Origin: a virus
Lineage: Duplodnaviria; Caudoviricetes
DNA: 64,000 nucleotides
IMG/VR virus record: IMGVR_UViG_2684623229_000001
Coordinates: 24,692 to 88,691 of that record
Reading direction: 5' to 3' (one strand)
Shown one piece after another: positions 1 through 8,921 of this stretch. Position 1 is the stretch's first letter; every line of letters begins with the position of its first letter. Position numbers and translations under genes: made by a program. Under the pieces are notes generated by a model. It saw nothing but the letters and a program-made list of their open reading frames with translations, searched no databases and was not told where the DNA came from.

Positions 1-37
1 AGAACATATTTCAACTCTTTCATTTTCACCAGTAATA

Positions 38-952
38 TTATAATCCAATTCCCTGCTTTTTAAGGTCTTCTCCAAAGCTTGTCCTACTTGTTTCATATAC
101 CTCGCCTTCTCTCCATTTCTTACTTATCTCGTTTCTCTTTACATCTTGTGGTAATTTATATCCTTTATTTATCCAGCTTTCCAAGATTGACATTGTATAT
201 TTAAATCCTTTTATTTTGCCCTGTTCCTGTTCTCTTTTTTTTGTAATATCTAATGCATATATTAATAAATCAGTATAATCTTCTTTAGCCATGACTTTTA
301 ATACTTGATTTAAATAAGTGGCACTTATTTGCCTATAAAAGGTATTAAAATATGCTTCATTAATTTTATCTAAATTTTTTCTAATATCACTCTTTCTATC
401 TTCTTTTATTTCTATATATATATCTTCTATATCTATATCTCTGCCGTTACTTAACGTTTCATGTAACATTATATTTTTTTTATTGTCATTATTTTTGCAA
501 CTTTGTTTTTTAGTTTCTTCTAATAGTTCTTTTTTCTTAGCTCTATGTTTAGCTACCCTTTCCCTTGTTTGTTGTCTAACTTTCTCCATACCTTCTATAT
601 TTTGATGTTTGGACCAGTTAGCTATTTTTATTAATTTATCTTCTTGTATCTGTATCATGCCAAAATCTCTAAGTACTTTTAATGCAAACCTTAAACTATT
701 TAATGGCCTATTAAAAATTGTACTTAACATTTCTTCTGTATATGGAACATTATCATTTAGAAAAATATATCCATTTGAATTTGTTTTACCTGCTTGAACT
801 AAAAGTCTCATCCAAATATAATGAACAGTATCTCTTTCTGGCATAGCATCTATTAATTTTATTTTTTCGTCATCAAACATATTTGTTGTTATCTTTATCC
901 ACTTAACTTCTGCCAACATATCACCACTTTCTTTTTTATCCATAGTATACAA
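38..952 (-). CDS. Phage replisome organiser (N-terminal domain plus DnaD-like region)
   Basis: WIKITTNMFDDEKIKLI...WMRLL...PYTEEML...NWSKHQ signature; true start probably the internal MLAEVKW. Confidence 0.8.
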   Translation of the reverse strand: MYTMDKKESGDMLAEVKWIKITTNMFDDEKIKLIDAMPERDTVHYIWMRLLVQAGKTNSNGYIFLNDNVPYTEEMLSTIFNRPLNSLRFALKVLRDFGMIQIQEDKLIKIANWSKHQNIEGMEKVRQQTRERVAKHRAKKKELLEETKKQSCKNNDNKKNIMLHETLSNGRDIDIEDIYIEIKEDRKSDIRKNLDKINEAYFNTFYRQISATYLNQVLKVMAKEDYTDLLIYALDITKKREQEQGKIKGFKYTMSILESWINKGYKLPQDVKRNEISKKWREGEVYETSRTSFGEDLKKQGIGL

Positions 953-1036
953 AATAAAATATTGCTATAATTAAATCAATCCATAATTTATATATAGTTT
1001 TTCTATACTTCTTTAATAATTATTGATTTACTATGT

Positions 1037-1249
1037 TTACCACCACCTCCATAGTTCTTGATCTATCAATTCATTAGGTGTAATTTTCAATATTTTGCAT
1101 AGATTACAAATAACCTTTAGCCCTGGATTTTCATATTTACCTTCCTCTAATTCTGTAATATAACTTCTAGCTATTTTACTTTTGTAACTCAATTTTGAAA
1201 TAGATAAGTTTCTTATTCTTCTATATTCTTTTGTTTTTATTACTGCCAC
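1037..1249 (-). CDS. XRE-family HTH regulator, paralogue of 59251-59463
   Basis: HTH_3 pattern; nearly identical protein to the prophage copy, both ending ELWRWW. Confidence 0.85.
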   Translation of the reverse strand: MAVIKTKEYRRIRNLSISKLSYKSKIARSYITELEEGKYENPGLKVICNLCKILKITPNELIDQELWRWW

Positions 1250-1310
1250 TTGAGGATTCCTCCTTAGGATTTATTCCTCTCAATATTAAACTATAAATTT
1301 TTAAGTATTC

Positions 1311-1529
1311 CTAAAGTTGACCATTTCTTTTAAAAAAAAGTTCGTCTATGGTAGTATCAAAAAAATCTGATATAATCTTAGCCTCATTTAAAGTAAAAGA
1401 CTTCTTACCATTTTCTTTAAAATTATAAGTATTTAGAGATACCCCTATTAGTCTTGCTATATCCTCTTGCTTTGCTCCTCTTAAGCATCTATAAGCTTTT
1501 AATTTTTTTTCTGTTGTCATAAAGCTCAC
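1311..1529 (-). CDS. Cro-like HTH regulator of the remnant
   Basis: XRE HTH, divergent from the CI-like gene. Confidence 0.8.
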   Translation of the reverse strand: MSFMTTEKKLKAYRCLRGAKQEDIARLIGVSLNTYNFKENGKKSFTLNEAKIISDFFDTTIDELFFKRNGQL

Positions 1530-1711
1530 CCCTTAATAACTATTTTTAAGTAAACTATAAGAATACTATTTATATTTTTATTATAGTCAACATTAAGAAT
1601 ACTTTCAACTGTATTTTATCATTTTTCTGAAAAAATATTCTTATAGTTTACATTAGTTTTAAAAAGTCAACATATGGTTTATAATATAGTATAAATAGAG
1701 GGGTGAAAAAG

Positions 1712-2122
1712 TTGGCAGAAATAAAAGATAGGTTAAAATGTGAAAGATTAAGAAAAGATTTAAATCAAACTGAATTGGCAAAATTTTTAAATGTATCAAA
1801 ACAAACAGTTTCCAATTGGGAAAATGGTAACAGAATTCCTGATACCCTTACCTTATCTAAGTTAGCTGACTTCTTTAATTGCTCCGTAGATTATATTTTA
1901 GGAAGATCTGAAAATAGAAATGGCATAATTTCTAAAGCTAATATAGATGGAAGTAATTACGAATTTGAATTAGATAAGAGTATATTTCCAAATGGCATAA
2001 CTAGAGAACAAATGATAAATTATATTAAGGAACTAGAAGATAGAAATAAAGAATTAGAAAAAGAAGCTGAGATATCTAGAAAATTAAAAGAAGCTGGCTT
2101 CGATTTCAATCCCGATAAATAA
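1712..2122 (+). CDS. CI-like XRE repressor of the remnant
   Basis: HTH (QTELAKFLNVSKQTVSNWENG); C-terminal half shared with 62008-62412; TTG start after SD. Confidence 0.85.
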   Translation: MAEIKDRLKCERLRKDLNQTELAKFLNVSKQTVSNWENGNRIPDTLTLSKLADFFNCSVDYILGRSENRNGIISKANIDGSNYEFELDKSIFPNGITREQMINYIKELEDRNKELEKEAEISRKLKEAGFDFNPDK

Positions 2123-2352
2123 AATATTCTAAAAATTAATTATTTAAAATTAAAATACAAATATGCAAAACTAACAAATATATATGTATTCATGATGTTA
2201 TGTTTATAATTACATGAAATTCGTATATGTTTGTTAGTTTTTTATTTTGTCTAAAAAAGTAAATACTTGTCCTAAAATTCTGTATACAGACAATTACATT
2301 TTCAAAATAAATATGTAATAATTTTCACATAAAGTAATTTAATTATATAAAC

Positions 2353-2399
2353 TTGCAAATTTTATTAAAAGATATTAAAATATACTTGAACACATGTTC
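2353..2399 (+). promoter_or_regulatory. sigmaA promoter with LexA (SOS) box
   Basis: TTGCAA-N17-TAAAAT followed by GAAC-ACAT-GTTC at 2388-2399. Confidence 0.75.
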
Positions 2400-2423
2400 G
2401 ATTTGAGAAAGGAGTCTTAATTT

Positions 2424-2573
2424 ATGTTTAATTTTAGTGGGGTATTAAGTATAAAAAAAGAAGGGGAAATAATATATGAAAAAAAAGATACCTTTACACT
2501 GAATAGAAAAAAAACTTCTTGTGAAAAATCTTCTAAGGATAAAATACAATTAGTGCAGAAGGTTAATACATAA
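2424..2573 (+). CDS. 49-aa leader ORF (MFNFSGVLSIKKEGEIIY...), not in the ORF track
   Basis: AAAGGAG SD; same length as and homologous to 62733-62882. Confidence 0.7.
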   Translation: MFNFSGVLSIKKEGEIIYEKKDTFTLNRKKTSCEKSSKDKIQLVQKVNT

Positions 2574-3050
2574 TATAAAGAATATATAATAACTTCAAAA
2601 TATAGTTGAAAGAAAAGTGTTAAGAAAGATGAGACTAAAGAACTACTTTAGAACAGTATATACACAACTTAATCGTTACAACTTATAAATTAAATAAGAT
2701 AAAAAAACAAGTGCTGCTCCTTAGAAAATAAAATTACAACAACTTGATCTTTTTCATTTTAAAAATTTTTATAATTTTATAGTTAAATCATTGAATTCTA
2801 AAACTGTATTACAATATCATATAGTAATACATAAAATATTAAATAAAAATCATAGACTAAAATATATCTAACCTAATAGAATTATATAAAATAAAACTGG
2901 AACATTAAATATTAAAGAAGCTATTCAAACCTTAACACTTTTTAATAACTTTAGAGTATAAATGCTAATTTAGAAAATGCTTTGCTATTAAGCACTAAGG
3001 AAATTCTAAAGCCAGAATATTTAAAGAATTAATGAATGTTATTTACTTTT
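2574..3050 (+). pseudogene. Degraded tyrosine integrase
   Basis: Blocks match the intact integrase (e.g. aaaactgtattacaatatcat...gtaatacataaa, cf. ~63260) but have many stops and deletions; ends approximate. Confidence 0.75.
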
Positions 3051-3137
3051 AATTCTTCTACTAACTTTCTAATGATATTTTAAAATAAAAAAGGCTTTGG
3101 AAAACTAATCCAAAGCCTTTTAACTTAGTATTTTCAA

Positions 3138-3198
3138 TGGTGCCGAAGGCGGGAGTCGAACCCGCACGAAGTTACCCTCGACGGATTTTGAATCCGTT
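3138..3198 (-). tRNA. 3' fragment of tRNA-Leu(CAA), the att core at the left prophage end
   Basis: Minus strand ACGGA-TTCAAAA-TCCGT anticodon arm, long variable arm, GGTTCGACTCC T-arm and CCA end; 5' acceptor strand and D-arm absent. Confidence 0.9.
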
Positions 3199-3321
3199 AT
3201 TCTTTGTTTTAATTAGACTTAGCACATTTTAATAACTCCCTACAATTAAGTAAAATCAACATGTTGATATAATAGAATATATTTATATAGTTTAACAAGT
3301 TTTTTAAGTTTTAATACTCCC

Positions 3322-3349
3322 ACTGACATTCTACTGACATTTTACTGAC
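3322..3349 (+). repeat. Probable integrase arm-type sites
   Basis: Three ACTGAC direct repeats at 11-bp period, ~125 bp inside att. Confidence 0.6.
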
Positions 3350-3424
3350 CGATAAATTAATATAATTAAGATTCCTATATTAATGTAGATTTCCAATTAG
3401 CAACTAGGGAGCCTTAATTGGCTC

Positions 3425-5794
3425 CTATTTAATTGGTGGTGGTAATTTAGTTATACCTGCCCAGTATCCATTTTCATATTTTATATAGTTAAGTGAATGG
3501 AACCTTTTTAAATTCATAAGATCTTCTAACTCATATCCAAATTGATTTAATTCATCTTTTAGTTCCATATAATTTACCTTATCTGATCCTGATATAAGTA
3601 TATATGAGGTATTGGCAGTTCTTAGCTTTTCTCTAATTCTTAATTGGTTTATATACATAGTAGACAATATAAACTTAACTCCAAATTTAGCTGTTTGATC
3701 TAGTTTATTTCCTATAAATTGTTCAGAACTCTTTAATTGTGCAATTTCATCTGTAAATACAGTAACAGTCTTTCTTGCATACCTATCTTTTATTTTCCAA
3801 GCTCTAGCTTGAGCACACATCCATATTTTAGTTAACCAGTAAGTAGTCATTATATCTCTTTCTTCTGGTGTGCCAAACATATTCTCAGGCATTTTTATAA
3901 ATATAGCCTGATTTTTCTCCATTTCTTCTAATAAATTAATATTCTCACTACAATCTTTCTTTAACATAAGCTCCATGTAAGTATTAGATTTTAATTTTTG
4001 TACTCTATCTATAATACCAGTGATATAACTGGAATGAGTTCCTATTATTTGTGATGGATTATCCTTAGTCCCTTTAGACCACTCATCTAGTTCTCTTAAA
4101 TATTCCGCATATTCTTCTAAGTTTTCACTTTGATTCTCTGGGATGGTATCTATACATTCCTTTCTAAATTTATGATTTTGCAATATTTTAAATACATCTT
4201 TAATAGCTCCATTATTTATAAATGAAACTAAGCTAGCTGCAGTTAAATATCTTTCCATCTTAGGAGTAAAATCACTATTAGAAACATTAATAGAGTTTAT
4301 TAATGTAATTAATTGACTTGTTTGTTTCTTTGCACTTTCATACTGTATAAACGTATTATCGCTGGCAGAGATCACCTCATTATATCCTAATCCTTGAAGC
4401 TTAGTATGGTCATATAGATTAATTTCTAATACCTTATTGGAAGGAATACATGCCTTTATATCATCACTTAAAGAACAATTTTCTATATAATCTAAAACTA
4501 TAACACATTCTCCTGCATCTATACTATTTCTTGCCATATTTCCCATAAATGAGGTTTTTCCACTTCTAGTTGGTCCCACTACAGTCACTGCTAAGTTTTT
4601 ATAATCTTTATCTGTAGTCAAATAAGCATTTTGTTTACTTCCTTTATATTCATTTATACCTATCAACTTAGTACCATTTCTTAATTCTTTGGGAACTTCT
4701 GTTTCTAATGTATTTATTTTATTTATAACTTTATGCTGTTGGAGTAAATCCCTGCCTGGAAGTTGTAAGAGGTTTTGACATTCTTCTGTACTTAATTTAT
4801 TTTCTTCTACTCCTGCTATTTTAAAATCTGTAACATAGAAAGTATTCTTTTTAGATATTTTTTTATATATTAACTCATTATCTTCTGATACAGTATTATA
4901 AGATTCTGCAACTGCTACAGCATTATTTTCCTGTCTTTTAACATCTTTACTCTCCGATAATATAGCCATTTGTGTATTAAGTACTATAGCATCTTTTTTA
5001 TTTACAGTATTTCTACTTAATTTTTTCTTATCCTCTAACATTAAACTAGATACAGCTATTTCTGCTAATGTAGGAGCTTCTTTCTTCTTTTCTACTCCAA
5101 CAAACTCCCCTATGGTATCAAATAGATCTTGTGCTAGATTAACTAATAAAATTATTCCTTCTTCTATAATATATTTAACATTAAACTTTTCTCTATCAAT
5201 AGGCTTATTTTCTTTAATCTTATCTATTGTATCTTGATATTCCTTTCTCCACCCCCTCTGAACTATGGGTATAAAATTATAAAATATACCTATTCTATCT
5301 CCTTCCTGCATTATATCTAGTACATTAAGTATAGAATTTAAGGGTTCATTAGACTTTTTATTTATATTTAAAGAAAGTGCATCTTCTTTAGAATAATTTA
5401 ATTGATATTTAATAGCTTGCTGTGAGAACTGTTTTACTTGTGTAATTTCTTCTATAGTAACCTTTGGCCATGTTTCTGTAATTTTCTCTTTTATAAGTCC
5501 TAAATATCTTTCAGGTACTATAAAATAAAAGTCCACATTATTCTTTTGAATATCTATCATATATGAACATTTTACTGGAGTTTCTATAAAGATTTTCTTT
5601 TCTTCTCTGTGAATCCTTTGTGATATGGTCTTATACATATATTGAATAGCCTTAGCTATGTTAGAACTGTTATAGTTTCTTATACTTGTATCTGGTGTTA
5701 GTTTAAGTATTTTATATATAGGCTTTTGTATTTTAAAATAATCTTTTAATGACATAGATTTTATTTTACTGAACATAGAGCGGCAACCACCCAA
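3425..5794 (-). CDS. VirB4/VirD4/FtsK-HerA superfamily P-loop ATPase
   Basis: Walker A GPTRSGKT, Walker B-like VFTDE; likely start at MFSKIK. Confidence 0.75.
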   Translation of the reverse strand: MGGCRSMFSKIKSMSLKDYFKIQKPIYKILKLTPDTSIRNYNSSNIAKAIQYMYKTISQRIHREEKKIFIETPVKCSYMIDIQKNNVDFYFIVPERYLGLIKEKITETWPKVTIEEITQVKQFSQQAIKYQLNYSKEDALSLNINKKSNEPLNSILNVLDIMQEGDRIGIFYNFIPIVQRGWRKEYQDTIDKIKENKPIDREKFNVKYIIEEGIILLVNLAQDLFDTIGEFVGVEKKKEAPTLAEIAVSSLMLEDKKKLSRNTVNKKDAIVLNTQMAILSESKDVKRQENNAVAVAESYNTVSEDNELIYKKISKKNTFYVTDFKIAGVEENKLSTEECQNLLQLPGRDLLQQHKVINKINTLETEVPKELRNGTKLIGINEYKGSKQNAYLTTDKDYKNLAVTVVGPTRSGKTSFMGNMARNSIDAGECVIVLDYIENCSLSDDIKACIPSNKVLEINLYDHTKLQGLGYNEVISASDNTFIQYESAKKQTSQLITLINSINVSNSDFTPKMERYLTAASLVSFINNGAIKDVFKILQNHKFRKECIDTIPENQSENLEEYAEYLRELDEWSKGTKDNPSQIIGTHSSYITGIIDRVQKLKSNTYMELMLKKDCSENINLLEEMEKNQAIFIKMPENMFGTPEERDIMTTYWLTKIWMCAQARAWKIKDRYARKTVTVFTDEIAQLKSSEQFIGNKLDQTAKFGVKFILSTMYINQLRIREKLRTANTSYILISGSDKVNYMELKDELNQFGYELEDLMNLKRFHSLNYIKYENGYWAGITKLPPPIK

Positions 5795-5994
5795 TAAATT
5801 ACTACAGAAAACTTAGTTAATTTTCCACCTTTTTTATAACCACATAGATATGCTAATATTCCACCTATCCCAACAAACATACATATCCAGTATGCATTAG
5901 TTGATAAAACATCTAATAACTTATTTCTAAACACAAAAGTGTTTTGTGGTGCATTGTATTGGCCTCTCTCTATAAATTTTTGTATCCATTCCAT
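5761..5994 (-). CDS. Small two-TM membrane protein
   Basis: Two hydrophobic segments; GGAGGA SD; overlaps ATPase start. Confidence 0.7.
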   Translation of the reverse strand: MEWIQKFIERGQYNAPQNTFVFRNKLLDVLSTNAYWICMFVGIGGILAYLCGYKKGGKLTKFSVVIYWVVAALCSVK

Positions 5995-6006
5995 ATATAC
6001 TCCTCC

Positions 6007-6411
6007 TTAAAAAATTCCCTTAATTAAATCTAACATCCATGGGAAAATATAAAGTGCTGTAAAAGCTAAAGCATATTTCATCATTATCTTAGCTATGCTT
6101 TTTGTATCACCTTGCATTAAACTTTTGATTATATCTATTATGCATCCTACAATACATATCCAATAACCTATTTTTCTAACTATACCTAATATAGTATTTC
6201 CTGCTTTATCTATCTTGCCTAAGTCCCCTGCAGCATAAACTATATCTTGAACATAAAAAAGACTTCCTAGAATAAATACTGCTTGCTTTTTTAATCTATT
6301 ATCTGCATTTATATGTTTTGCAACTAATTCCATGTTTGAATTATATTTAACTCTTTGTTTGTTCTTAAAATCTTCTACTTTAGTGTTAGAATAAATAACA
6401 CAAATTTTCAT
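6007..6411 (-). CDS. TrbC/VirB2 pilin-like membrane protein
   Basis: VYA|A processing-like site followed by two hydrophobic helices. Confidence 0.55.
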   Translation of the reverse strand: MKICVIYSNTKVEDFKNKQRVKYNSNMELVAKHINADNRLKKQAVFILGSLFYVQDIVYAAGDLGKIDKAGNTILGIVRKIGYWICIVGCIIDIIKSLMQGDTKSIAKIMMKYALAFTALYIFPWMLDLIKGIF

Positions 6412-6485
6412 ATTCCCTCCTGAATAAAAATTAATTATTGGCAGATACTATAAATAAACAAGTAAATCTGAAAGAAGGTTTTAAC

Positions 6486-6551
6486 ATGTCTCCACTATTT
6501 TGGCTTGGTGCAGGTATGATAATTGCAACACATATAATTGAAAAATTTTAA
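6486..6551 (+). CDS. 21-aa hydrophobic peptide MSPLFWLGAGMIIATHIIEKF
   Basis: GAAGG SD; upstream TGAATA-N17-GATACTA, sigmaG/F-like. Confidence 0.45.
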   Translation: MSPLFWLGAGMIIATHIIEKF

Positions 6552-6628
6552 ATGTAAATTAAATATTAATATTTGTATAAATGCACCTTAAATACACAAC
6601 TTTCCTAATCTGTTTGCATAAGCTAGAA

Positions 6629-6712
6629 GTGTAGTGTAACGTAACACAAGTAAGCGTAGCACACTTTTAGCGACATGGGATAAGTCTAGCCTTCTGCTAG
6701 GCTTTATTTTTA
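6629..6712 (+). ncRNA. Candidate sporulation-phase sRNA
   Basis: AC-N16-CATAAGCT sigmaK-like promoter, ORF-free structured stretch, terminator CTAGC-CTTCT-GCTAG plus T-run. Confidence 0.4.
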
Positions 6713-6770
6713 TCTCTTTTTAAAGGCTTACAGCTATATTTTTATAGCCATACAACTTCACTTCTCATCA

Positions 6771-6938
6771 TTATTTTTTTAATTCTTCCTCATATAAAAT
6801 TTTTATTGGTAATGTGCCTTTTAAAATATCTTTAACTACTGCAGCTGGATTGCTAAATTTTAACAATTTGCCATATAGCTGTAATTCATTTAGATCACTT
6901 TTCCTAAATTCTAAGACAACTCTTAACCTATCTGCCAT
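6771..6938 (-). CDS. 55-aa protein (MADRLRVVLEFRKSD...), possibly ribbon-helix-helix DNA-binding
   Basis: AGGAGGTG SD; alternating N-terminal beta pattern then helices; below ORF-track cutoff. Confidence 0.6.
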   Translation of the reverse strand: MADRLRVVLEFRKSDLNELQLYGKLLKFSNPAAVVKDILKGTLPIKILYEEELKK

Positions 6939-7149
6939 CATTGTCACCTCCTGGATACATTGTATTTATACATTTAAATCTTCTAGTACAATTAGGAAAT
7001 ATAACTGTATACAATGTTTAAACTGTATTCTTTGTTGTCTTTTAATATATTCTATGCACCCTTTGTGTAAAAGTTTCCTAATTTTAGTATTTAATTTAAT
7101 AATTTATTTTTAATCCTATTTTCAGTATTTAAATATATAAAAAAAGCAC

Positions 7150-7350
7150 CTAATCTTCTAGGTACCAAATATCCTCTACCTTTCGATTAAGTGCTTTAGC
7201 TATAGTTAATAATGTTTCCGCATTACCTTGAACTTTATTTAATTCTATTGTGTTATAAGTGCTTTTTTTAATTCCAAGCATTTCTGCAAATGCCTTTTGA
7301 TCCATCAGATATTCTCTCATTCTTATTTCTTTAAGCCGATTTTTAACCAC
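7150..7350 (-). CDS. XRE-family HTH regulator
   Basis: VKNRLKEIR...QKAFAEMLGI...IAKALNRKVEDIW; GTG start after GAGGTG, shorter than the track ORF. Confidence 0.8.
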   Translation of the reverse strand: MVKNRLKEIRMREYLMDQKAFAEMLGIKKSTYNTIELNKVQGNAETLLTIAKALNRKVEDIWYLED

Positions 7351-7760
7351 ATATACCACCTCATTCCAGTATATGTAATTATTCTTCAAAAGATCTAAAT
7401 TTCCTTTTTTAGCTTGTATATATCTATTTAGATAATTAGGTATATAACTATTAGCTATATTTTTACTATACATAAATAGATAGTGTAACTAATTATTCGT
7501 AAAGCTATATATAATGTTGTTTATGTTATATTTGAATATATAACTATGTTTAAAAGAACACCCAACTAAAAATAAGTAGATAACTTTATAGAAAATAAAA
7601 TATTGTAAAAATAAAAATAACTTTTGATAATAAAATGGTACTCTTTTTATTATCAAGTTAAAGTAACTTCAATCGATTATGAAATTAAAGAATAGTTTAT
7701 AATTTTATCCATATAAAACTTATATTAGCATGAAAATTTTGATTAGATTGGAGTGGAATT

Positions 7761-8318
7761 ATGATAGATAATATTATCAATTCTCAACGATATTTAAATA
7801 TTAACAATAAAAAAAATAATATAGAACAGAATGATCAATCTGAAGATAATAAATTTGAAAAATATCTTTCTGATTATGTACCAAAATATACGGGCGACGA
7901 GGGTATGCCAAAAAAATGTGATTATAAAGAAATGACAGTTTTTGAAAAACGTATATTTGATGACTATATGCAAACTGATTTTTTATATGGAGTTTCTTAT
8001 GAGGATTTCAAAAAAACTCTTTGTGGATTTCCTCCTGTTGATGCTCCAAAATCCATAATAGAAGCTTATCAAAATACTATATCAAAATATCCTGAAAATC
8101 AACGTAAAAAAATTATGGGTGAACTTAGTTATTTAGAATTACCAAATGATAATTTAGATATGGGAACTATCATAAGAAATGCTATAGACCATTGTAAATT
8201 AGTTGAAATCATAACAGGTCAAAGCCAAAAACATAGGGAAAACTTATATGAAGATTTTTTAAATGAGTTCAACAAAGTTAACACTATAGATGATTCTCAT
8301 AGAGAAACAACATTGTAA
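7761..8318 (+). CDS. Hypothetical protein (moron)
   Basis: GGAG SD; own terminator at ~8335-8372. Confidence 0.65.
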   Translation: MIDNIINSQRYLNINNKKNNIEQNDQSEDNKFEKYLSDYVPKYTGDEGMPKKCDYKEMTVFEKRIFDDYMQTDFLYGVSYEDFKKTLCGFPPVDAPKSIIEAYQNTISKYPENQRKKIMGELSYLELPNDNLDMGTIIRNAIDHCKLVEIITGQSQKHRENLYEDFLNEFNKVNTIDDSHRETTL

Positions 8319-8440
8319 AAATAAATAGTTAATAAAAAGATCCCATTGTTGAATATGAAATGGGATCTTTTTAAATAAGGAAATTTCTAATAATGCTTAA
8401 CTTATGTAACAACTTTATGTGTGATTAAATTTATTATATC

Positions 8441-8613
8441 TGGTTATAATAAAAATAGACCAATACATAGCACCAATATATAGAAAATTCCACAACAAAA
8501 GAACCCCAATAAATAGGGTTCTTTTCCTTAAGCAAGGAGGTTGCCTAAATTATTGGTAAGCCGTTATATTTAATATTCTATAAATGTTAAAAAAATCCTT
8601 TGAATAATAAAAA
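8441..8613. repeat. ~170-bp repeated sRNA-like cassette, copy 1
   Basis: Homologous to 14421-14620 and 15043-15200. Confidence 0.85.
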
Positions 8614-8921
8614 ATAATAATTATAGCATACGCCACAACTACCATATTAAATAATACATATTATGTTATTGTTCAATAGTATCGATTTATAAAATATAAT
8701 AAATAAGAGAATAATTTTTGACATGAAATAGCCCCTAACATTTTACTTTTATTCCATTAAATTTGAAACATTAAAAAGAAGATCTAAAACTAAACTTTAG
8801 ATCTTCTTTAGTTATTTTAAACTAAATTCTATATTCTTATCTTTAATTTCTATACAATGAACAGTAATGAGAAAAAAGTAGCATATCAGATATACTACCT
8901 TTTCCAATTATTTAGTTACCT

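Larger units (their letters stand above)
1..3137. mobile_element. Decayed remnant of an older, related prophage (continues left of the window)
   Basis: Replisome organiser, HTH genes, CI/Cro-like pair, LexA-box leader ORF and integrase debris, colinear with and homologous to 59251-64000. Confidence 0.85.

Noticed and set aside
3138-3198. Functional tRNA-Leu gene
   Set aside because: The 5' acceptor strand and D-arm are missing; it is the att duplication
3425-6411. Conjugative element (ICE)
   Set aside because: No relaxase, VirB6/VirB8-like genes or cell-wall hydrolase; the module lies inside the prophage att boundary
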